NCBI GenBank assembly: GCA_964529265.1
Contig: CAZGVW010000033.1
Coordinates: 12,454-76,453, forward strand
Direction: 5' to 3'
Length of the DNA stretch: 64,000 bases
From: an uncultured Phycisphaeraceae bacterium
GTDB taxonomy: Bacteria > Planctomycetota > Phycisphaerae > Phycisphaerales > UBA1924
Shown here: piece after piece, positions 1-5,954 of the stretch
Layout of the letters: each line of letters starts with the position of its first letter
Position numbering within the stretch: position 1 is the stretch's first letter
The notes under the pieces: generated by a model
Databases searched by the model: none
The model's input: the letters and a program-made list of their open reading frames with translations, nothing else
Told to the model about the DNA's origin: nothing
Position numbers and translations under genes: made by a program

Positions 1-40
1 TGGTCACTGCGACATGTCGGGGGTGGGGCGCGACAACGAG

Positions 41-60
41 GGGGGTGGAGGGGGGTGGAG
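41..60 (+). repeat. Perfect tandem duplication of the 10-mer GGGGGTGGAG within a G-run cluster
   Basis: Positions 41-50 and 51-60 are identical. The surrounding G-runs (about 20-57) fit a G-quadruplex pattern. Confidence 0.9.
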
Positions 61-90
61 TGACGTGTTTTGTGCGCGCAAAACGTGTCA
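61..90. other. 12-bp stem / 6-nt loop hairpin (two G-U wobbles as RNA), non-coding, at the window edge
   Basis: The arms are TGACGTGTTTTG (61-72) and CAAAACGTGTCA (79-90). The 9-mer GTCACTGCG occurs at 3-11 and 87-95, the second copy overlapping the 3' end of arm 2. Confidence 0.6.
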
Positions 91-123
91 CTGCGCGGGG
101 AGAACGACGACGCGCATAAGCAA

Positions 124-149
124 GCCGCCCGGCGCATGCGCCGGGCGGC
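124..149 (-). terminator. Putative intrinsic terminator of the peptidase gene
   Basis: A perfect palindrome, GCCGCCCGGCGCA/TGCGCCGGGCGGC, lies 45 nt downstream of the minus-strand stop at 194. On the minus strand it is followed by the T-rich TTGCTTAT. Confidence 0.6.
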
Positions 150-193
150 TGAAGGGCTTCCTGGACTTGCGCCGTCGCGAGGCGGGCGTTTTC

Positions 194-763
194 TCAGCCG
201 GCGCGATGGATCTTCACGATGATCGTCTGCTCCCAGGCGAAGGCCTGGTTGTACGGAATGACTCTGAGATGGTGAGGCGGGAAGGGGTCAAAGATATGGA
301 TGATCGTGTTTCCGCTCCAGTCCACGTGGTAGCCGTAGAAGATGATGGCGTGGGCCGGAACTGACCACGGATTGCCCTCGCCAATGCACGCGATGATGGG
401 GCATCCCGCGTCGATGAGCTGGCGCATCGTGACGAGATCGAGGGGCCCATCAACCACCTGAGGGCTCACGATCACGTTGCCCGTGTGTGTGGAGAATGAG
501 CGATTCAGATGCTGCGCAACGAGAACGACGCTGGGAAGGCTGCGGTTCACGACGGCGCCGAATCGCTCAACAACGAGCTGCTCCTGCGTGACTTGCATTC
601 CTGAGTACTTCAGGCACGAGGCGACGCAGGCTGCCCAGCACCACTGGGACTGCTTCTGAGGCTCGCACTGCTGCAAGAGCGCGTTGTTGGATGCAGCGGT
701 CGCCGGCGCCGCAGACCAGACGAGGGCCAGGAACGCTGCGACAGCGAGGACGGTCTTCTTCAC
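194..763 (-). CDS. Secreted papain-like cysteine peptidase (C39-like / C70 AvrRpt2-like fold)
   Basis: The signal peptide is VKKTVLAVAAFLALVWSAAPATA. A catalytic-Cys motif QSQWCWAACVASCL is present, with a later His in AHAIIFYGYH and an Asp in FDPFP. A GTG start at 763 places the signal peptide at the N-terminus, and ATG 835 is an alternative start. The gene is visibly more AT-rich than its neighbours. Confidence 0.7.
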   Translation of the reverse strand: MKKTVLAVAAFLALVWSAAPATAASNNALLQQCEPQKQSQWCWAACVASCLKYSGMQVTQEQLVVERFGAVVNRSLPSVVLVAQHLNRSFSTHTGNVIVSPQVVDGPLDLVTMRQLIDAGCPIIACIGEGNPWSVPAHAIIFYGYHVDWSGNTIIHIFDPFPPHHLRVIPYNQAFAWEQTIIVKIHRAG

Positions 764-932
764 GCAAGAGCCGATGCGAAGGGACGTTGTCACGGCGCAT
801 CTCCTTTCGTATGGCCGGTGTGTCTCACCAGCCATCTGGAGGGAGACCTGACGGCCGAGTCTGCGCGCGGGTGCGAGAACCTCTGGAAAGCGGGGTGTTT
901 GGCGCCGGATCGGCGTTCCCGGCGCAAAGAAA

Positions 933-961
933 CCGCCCGGCGGTGTGTCGGCGCCGGGCGG
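933..961 (-). terminator. Putative intrinsic terminator of the PEP-CTERM gene
   Basis: The arms are CCGCCCGGCG (933-942) and CGCCGGGCGG (952-961), 35 nt downstream of the stop at 996. On the minus strand the hairpin is followed by TTTCTTTG. The stem arms are the same as in the 124-149 hairpin. Confidence 0.65.
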
Positions 962-995
962 ATTCATCGCTTTCGTACAGCGAATCCCTGGCTTG

Positions 996-1757
996 TTACG
1001 CGAGCGAGCGCCGGCGGCGCGAGGAGAGTCCGAGGAGGCCGGCCGCGGCGAGGCCGGCGGCGCTGGGCAGCGGGACCATCGGGATTTCGACCAGCTGGTC
1101 CTGCGAGCCGGGCTTGTTGCCCTGCGCCATGCTGCGGAGGCCGAGCACGTCGTATCCGGCGCGGTCCACGCCGCCGAAGAGGCCGACGGCGTCGAAGAGA
1201 TCGTCGAGGTAGTTGCGGATGCTGAGCGAGAGCGTCGAGCCGTCGGTCTTGGTGGTCTTGAACGATCCGTCGCTGACGCTGAGGCTGGAGCGGCCGCCGA
1301 CGAGGGTGAAGTCGTTGACGATTTCCCACACGGCGATCTGGAACGCCGCGGCGAAGTCGTTGCTCACGGAGTCATCGAGTTGCTGGCCGTTGGCGTAGTT
1401 GTACATGTCGAGGATGGCCGCGGCCTTGTCGAGGCCCATGGCCGGCGCGGGCACGTCTTCGACGTCCACGACGTCGTAGGTCTTCGCGGTGGGGGTGACG
1501 TACTCCATGATGTCGGTGCAGAAGGTGACGTAGAGGCCGTTGAGCATGGCGCCCACGCCGACGCCGCCGGTCATGCTGTGGATCAGCTGGCCGGCGAAGA
1601 CGTTCTTCTTGTTCCCGTTCATGTTGATGCGGACGCTGCGTCCCTGGCCGGTCTCGACGAAGTGCATCTGGACGGTGTCGGCCAGAGCGCTCGCGGCGGC
1701 GAAGAGACTGACGGCGGCGGCGCCGAGAACGGTCGCGATCGTGCTGGTGCGCTTCAT
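996..1757 (-). CDS. PEP-CTERM sorting-domain surface protein with thioester-domain-like Cys/Gln motifs
   Basis: The N-terminal signal peptide is MKRTSTIATVLGAAAVSLFAAASALA. The C-terminus, VPLPSAAGLAAAGLLGLSSRRRR, is a PEP motif followed by a TM helix and an Arg cluster. Internal motifs YVTFCTD (Cys80) and AFQIAVWEIV (Gln140) are present. Confidence 0.85.
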   Translation of the reverse strand: MKRTSTIATVLGAAAVSLFAAASALADTVQMHFVETGQGRSVRINMNGNKKNVFAGQLIHSMTGGVGVGAMLNGLYVTFCTDIMEYVTPTAKTYDVVDVEDVPAPAMGLDKAAAILDMYNYANGQQLDDSVSNDFAAAFQIAVWEIVNDFTLVGGRSSLSVSDGSFKTTKTDGSTLSLSIRNYLDDLFDAVGLFGGVDRAGYDVLGLRSMAQGNKPGSQDQLVEIPMVPLPSAAGLAAAGLLGLSSRRRRSLA

Positions 1758-2135
1758 GTCTTTGGTTCTCCCTCTGCGTTGTGCCGGCCGGTCGATCCGC
1801 GGCTTCCTGGTGGAGGCCGGCCTGGTGCAAGTGTGCCCGCGCCCGATCGCGCCGCGAGGAGGAGGGGTCAGGCGGAGGAAAAACAGCGCGCGGCGGGGCG
1901 GCGCGAGCCGCGTTTCCGGCTCAGACCGAACCGGACCGCGTCCGGGAAAGGGCGGGGCGGCGCGGCCGCGGAGGCCGTTTGGCGCACGTGCGCGGGGGGC
2001 GCCGGAGGGGCGGATGGCGCCGGGCGTGCGGCCGGCGCGGGTGTATCGTGGAGCGGTGTGTTCCGGCCGCGGCGGGAGCGCGAAACGGCGCTTTCGGCGG
2101 CGCAGAAAGACGAACGGCGCGATGGAGTGTGGTCA

Positions 2136-3107
2136 ATGCTTCGAAGAACGATCGCGATGATGGGCGTTCTGGCGGTGGCGATCTCGTGCGGGGCGCTTTC
2201 GGCCTCAGCGCAGCAGCGCGGCGGAGCGGGCGAGATCGAGGCGATGTCGCTGCTGGGTGAGCCGCTGGAGCGGCCCCAGTTCCCGGCGGATGTGTTCGCG
2301 CGCCTCGTGCGGAACCTGGATGAAGCGGAACTCGCCTATCGCGCCGAGCCGGAGGACGAATCCGCGATCATCTGGTACGGGCGTCGGCTGGGGTACGTAG
2401 GCCGTTATCGCGAAGCGATCGACGTCTTCACGAAGGGGCTCGACGTTCACCCGCACAGTTTCCGCCTGCTGCGGCATCGCGGGCATCGGTGGATCACGCT
2501 GCGCGAGTTCCGCAAGGCGATCGCCGACCTGAAGCGCGCCGCGGAACTCGTGCGGAGCATTCCCGACGAGGTGGAGCCCGACGGCGCGCCGAACGCGAAG
2601 AACATTCCGCGCTCGACGATGCACTCGAACATCTTCTACCATCTGGCGCTCGCGAAGTATCTGCTGGGAGACTTCGAGGGCGCACTGCCGGAGTGGCGGC
2701 GGTGCCTGGCCGTCTCGACGAACGACGACATGAAGGTGGCGACGCTGAACTGGCTGTACCTCACGCTGCGCCGCGTGGAGAAGCACGATGAGGCGGCGGA
2801 CGTGCTCGCGTTCGTGAAGCCGGAGATGGACATCATCGAGAACTTCGCATACCACCGGCTGCTGCTGTTCTACAAGGGGCTCGTGCCGCTCGGCGAGATG
2901 CTGGAGGACAAGGAGAACGACCTCGTCGCAGGCGCGACGATCGCCTACGGCGTGGGCGCGTGGCTATGGGTCGAGGGCAAGCACGACGAGGCGGCGATCG
3001 TGTGGCGCGGCGCCACGGACGTGAACAACTGGGGCGCGTTCGGCGTGATCGCGGCGGAGGCCGAGCGGGCGCGGCTGAGAAAGGTGGATCACGCGGCGCC
3101 GCGCTGA
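2136..3107 (+). CDS. Secreted tetratricopeptide-repeat-like protein
   Basis: The start MLRRTIAMMGVLAVAISCGALSASA is a signal peptide, and TPR-like helical repeats follow. The part of the 945-3107 ORF upstream of this start is antisense to the PEP-CTERM gene and is not counted. Confidence 0.7.
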   Translation: MLRRTIAMMGVLAVAISCGALSASAQQRGGAGEIEAMSLLGEPLERPQFPADVFARLVRNLDEAELAYRAEPEDESAIIWYGRRLGYVGRYREAIDVFTKGLDVHPHSFRLLRHRGHRWITLREFRKAIADLKRAAELVRSIPDEVEPDGAPNAKNIPRSTMHSNIFYHLALAKYLLGDFEGALPEWRRCLAVSTNDDMKVATLNWLYLTLRRVEKHDEAADVLAFVKPEMDIIENFAYHRLLLFYKGLVPLGEMLEDKENDLVAGATIAYGVGAWLWVEGKHDEAAIVWRGATDVNNWGAFGVIAAEAERARLRKVDHAAPR

Positions 3108-3608
3108 TCAGCGCAGGAAGTAGAGCGCCGCGTGCAGGATGATGGCGGCGTAGGCGCCGGCGAGAAGGTCGTCGATCAGGATGCCCCATCCGGCGGGGAG
3201 CGATTGGAGCCGGTGCGCGGGCGGGGGTTTCCAGATATCGAAGACGCGGAAGAGGATGAACGCCGCGGCGACGGTGAGCGTCACCGGCCAGAAGCGCCCT
3301 TCCGCAAGGTCCGGCGCGCTGTGCGCGAGGAAGAGCAGCGGGATGCACTGCCCCGCGACCTCGTCGGCGACGACAGCGGATGGATCCTTGCGGCCGAAAC
3401 GCGCTTCCGACCACGGGCCGAGCGCGATGCAGATGATCGAGAACACGACGAGCGCGGCGATGAGAACAGTGTTGTAGACAGCGCTCTGTGCGCCGAGCAG
3501 GAGCATGAGCCACGCCGCGGCGGCGGGGGGCGTCGAGCCCCACGTACCGGGGAACGGCCGCATGAAGCCGAGCCCGCCGGCGCTGACGAGAAGCGCGCGC
3601 AGGCTCAC
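3108..3608 (-). CDS. pgpA: Phosphatidylglycerophosphatase A
   Basis: The motifs FPGTWGS, ADEVAGQ and FRVFDIWKPPP are typical of the PgpA family. There is a 4-nt overlap with the upstream pgsA. Confidence 0.85.
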   Translation of the reverse strand: MSLRALLVSAGGLGFMRPFPGTWGSTPPAAAAWLMLLLGAQSAVYNTVLIAALVVFSIICIALGPWSEARFGRKDPSAVVADEVAGQCIPLLFLAHSAPDLAEGRFWPVTLTVAAAFILFRVFDIWKPPPAHRLQSLPAGWGILIDDLLAGAYAAIILHAALYFLR

Positions 3609-4312
3609 GGCGCTTTGTCCTTAGGCCGGGCGCCCGCTGCGCGGTGGGCGGTCGCAGAGCGCACGAGATACGGAAGGCAGGAGATGATCGTGATCGCGAG
3701 CGTGGCCCAGATCAGGATGTCGATGGCCCAGCGGGCCCAGCCGCGGGTGACGTCGCCGGGCGGCGCGAGCCAGAGGATGAGCAGGATGGCGGGGATGGCG
3801 ATGGACTGGAGGATCATCTTGGCCTTGCCGGACCAATCCGCGGCGAAGGAGACGCCCTGCGATTCGTATACGCCGCGGAGCGAGGTGACGAGCAGTTCCC
3901 GCGCGAGGATGACGACGACGATCCACGGCTGCGCGCCGGAGACGAGGCGGCCGGTGTCGGCGTCGATGAATCCGGGGCCGGCCATCATGATGAAGGCCCC
4001 GAGGACGAGGACCTTGTCGGCGAAGGGGTCCATGACGCGGCCGAAGACGGAGACGACGGACCACTTTCGGGCGAGGTGGCCGTCGAGGGCGTCGGTCGCC
4101 GCGGCGATGATGAAGAGGATGGCCGCGGCGGGGAGGGCCCACGCCGGGCGCGCGGGCCAGGTGTACATGGCGAGGAGCGCGACGAAGATCGCGGTGAGCG
4201 CGAGTCGAGCGAGGGTGAGGGCGTTGGGGATCGCGGCGCGTGCGGCGGGCGATGCGCTCATTGAGAGGATGGTACGGGTTTCGGAGTCCTGGGGCTTCCG
4301 GGGGCGCCCCAA
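3605..4312 (-). CDS. pgsA: CDP-diacylglycerol--glycerol-3-phosphate 3-phosphatidyltransferase (CDP-alcohol phosphatidyltransferase)
   Basis: The CDP-OH_P_transferase motif DALDGHLARKWSVVSVFGRVMDPFADK is present and the protein is multi-TM. An alternative start is ATG 4261. Confidence 0.85.
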   Translation of the reverse strand: MGRPRKPQDSETRTILSMSASPAARAAIPNALTLARLALTAIFVALLAMYTWPARPAWALPAAAILFIIAAATDALDGHLARKWSVVSVFGRVMDPFADKVLVLGAFIMMAGPGFIDADTGRLVSGAQPWIVVVILARELLVTSLRGVYESQGVSFAADWSGKAKMILQSIAIPAILLILWLAPPGDVTRGWARWAIDILIWATLAITIISCLPYLVRSATAHRAAGARPKDKAP

Positions 4313-4347
4313 GGTGTGGGCTGGCGGGGCGTGGGGGCCACATTCGG

Positions 4348-4376
4348 TTGCTGGACTGGTCGGGCGGCTCTATCTT
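4348..4376 (+). promoter_or_regulatory. Candidate sigma70-type promoter for the nuoJ-N block
   Basis: TTGCTG-N17-TATCTT lies in the divergent pgsA/nuoJ spacer. This is a sequence match only. Confidence 0.3.
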
Positions 4377-4473
4377 GCGGCCGCGGCGGTCGGAGAGCGT
4401 CTGCGCCGCGGCTTCCCCGCCGGATTCGCCCCGCCCCGATTGCCAATCGCGGAGTCGATCGACCTTGGAGTCG

Positions 4474-5589
4474 TTGATTCATCCCGCCATCCTCTATACA
4501 GGCCTCGGCCTGGGGGCGATCGGCGTGGCGCTGGCGATGCCGCGGCAGGGGGGCGGGCCGCAGGTGCTGGGGGCGCTGATTGCGGCGGTGTTCATCGGCG
4601 CGGTGGTGCTGGCGATGGCGATCGCGGCGGGGGATCAGCGGCCGAACGTGTTTTTTTACGTGTTTGCGCTGATTTCGCTGGGGGCATCGCTGCGGGTGAT
4701 CACGCATCCGCGGCCGGTGTACGCGGCGTTGTACTTCATTCTGACGGTTCTGAGTTCGGCGGGGCTGTACCTGCTGCTTTCGGCGGAGTTTCTGACGTTT
4801 GCGCTGGTGATCATCTACGCGGGCGCGATTCTGATCACGTATCTGTTCGTGATCATGCTTGCGACGCAGGCGCCGGAGGGCGGCGCGACGGAGGCGTTGA
4901 CGGAATACGACTCGACCAGCCGCGAGCCGTGGGTTTCGACGGTGACGGGGTTCGTGCTGCTGGGGTTGCTGACGGGGATGCTGTCGACGGGCGTGACTCA
5001 GTTGACGCCGCCGGAAGCGCGGGGCGGGGATGCGGTTCTGGCGGCGATGCCGCGGAAGGTTGAGCGGGCGTTTGCGGAGGTTGGGCTGGCGGAGCAGGTG
5101 ATGCCGTTCAGAGCGGGGCCGCTGCCGCGGAGCGCGACGAAGGAGGAGCGGGAGGCGTTTTCGCTGTACTTCCCGCCGACAGCGGGGCCCGAGGAGCGAC
5201 CGATCGACGCGATGCTGCGACCGATCGACATCGCGGATTTTCGGGCGCGATTTGAAGCGGCGCGGGAGGTTGCGGCGGGCGAGACGCCGCCGGCGGGCGT
5301 GAAGCCGCTGGATCCGGAGGCGTTTGCGCTGATCAACGAGAACGGGATCATGCAGGACGGGCCGGATTCGTTCTACGTTCTGGTGAGTTTCCCGGAGGGA
5401 CTGCGCACGTACAACATCGAGAAGGTGGGGTATGCGCTGCTGGCGGAGCATCCTCTGGCGATTGAGTTGGCGGGGGTGATTCTGCTGCTGGCGCTGGTGG
5501 GGGCGGTGATTCTGGCGCGGAAGCAGATTGAGATTGCGGAGGCGGAGAAGGCGGAGGCGGTAGGCGCGACGATGGGGAGGGCGGCGTGA
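4474..5589 (+). CDS. nuoJ: NADH-quinone oxidoreductase subunit J, with a large extra loop and N-terminal extension
   Basis: The NuoJ core is HPRPVYAALYFILTVLSSAGLYLLLSAEFLTFALVIIYAGAILITYLFVIML, with the terminal helix LAIELAGVILLLALVGAVILARK. The start is uncertain: TTG 4465 or 4474, or ATG 4537. Confidence 0.85.
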   Translation: MIHPAILYTGLGLGAIGVALAMPRQGGGPQVLGALIAAVFIGAVVLAMAIAAGDQRPNVFFYVFALISLGASLRVITHPRPVYAALYFILTVLSSAGLYLLLSAEFLTFALVIIYAGAILITYLFVIMLATQAPEGGATEALTEYDSTSREPWVSTVTGFVLLGLLTGMLSTGVTQLTPPEARGGDAVLAAMPRKVERAFAEVGLAEQVMPFRAGPLPRSATKEEREAFSLYFPPTAGPEERPIDAMLRPIDIADFRARFEAAREVAAGETPPAGVKPLDPEAFALINENGIMQDGPDSFYVLVSFPEGLRTYNIEKVGYALLAEHPLAIELAGVILLLALVGAVILARKQIEIAEAEKAEAVGATMGRAA

Positions 5590-5951
5590 TGGGCGCGCTG
5601 CCCGGAGGGGCGATGCTGACGCTGGCGCAGAGCGCGGAGGCGTTCGGCGCGATCACGCTGCACCACTATCTGTTTCTGTCGGCGGCGATGTTCGCGATGG
5701 GCGTGATCGGGTTTTTGAGCAGGCGGAACCTGATCATCATGTTCCTGTGCACGGAGCTGATGTTCCAGGGGGCGGCGCTGGCGCTGATCGCGTTCGGGCG
5801 GTTCTGGGGGAATCAATCGGGGGACGTGTTCGTGATCATCGTGCTGACGATTGCCGCGGCGGAGGCGGCGCTGGCGTTGGCGCTGGTGGTGTACCTGTTC
5901 AGGCGGAAAGAGACGCTGGATTCGCTGGCGTGGGCGGAGCTGAAGGGATAG
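5586..5951 (+). CDS. nuoK: NADH-quinone oxidoreductase subunit K
   Basis: The signature SRRNLIIMFLCTELMFQGAALALIAF...IVLTIAAAEAALALALV is present. The start overlaps the nuoJ stop. Confidence 0.92.
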   Translation: MMGALPGGAMLTLAQSAEAFGAITLHHYLFLSAAMFAMGVIGFLSRRNLIIMFLCTELMFQGAALALIAFGRFWGNQSGDVFVIIVLTIAAAEAALALALVVYLFRRKETLDSLAWAELKG

Positions 5952-5954
5952 CGC

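Noticed and set aside
14-364. A 116-aa + strand ORF at the left edge.
   Set aside because: It overlaps the structured non-coding region and runs antisense into the peptidase gene. The translation is Gly/Arg-rich with no features.
1982-1993. A 12-bp perfect palindrome, GCGCACGTGCGC, in the 378-bp divergent spacer between the PEP-CTERM and TPR genes.
   Set aside because: Short GC palindromes are expected by chance at this base composition, and there is no second copy or associated regulator in the window. Nothing else in the spacer suggested a riboswitch or sRNA that I could support.
945-2135. The N-terminal 397 codons of the 720-aa + strand ORF 945-3107.
   Set aside because: This part is antisense to the well-supported PEP-CTERM gene and crosses a non-coding region. 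A signal-peptide-bearing start at 2136 gives a coherent TPR protein.
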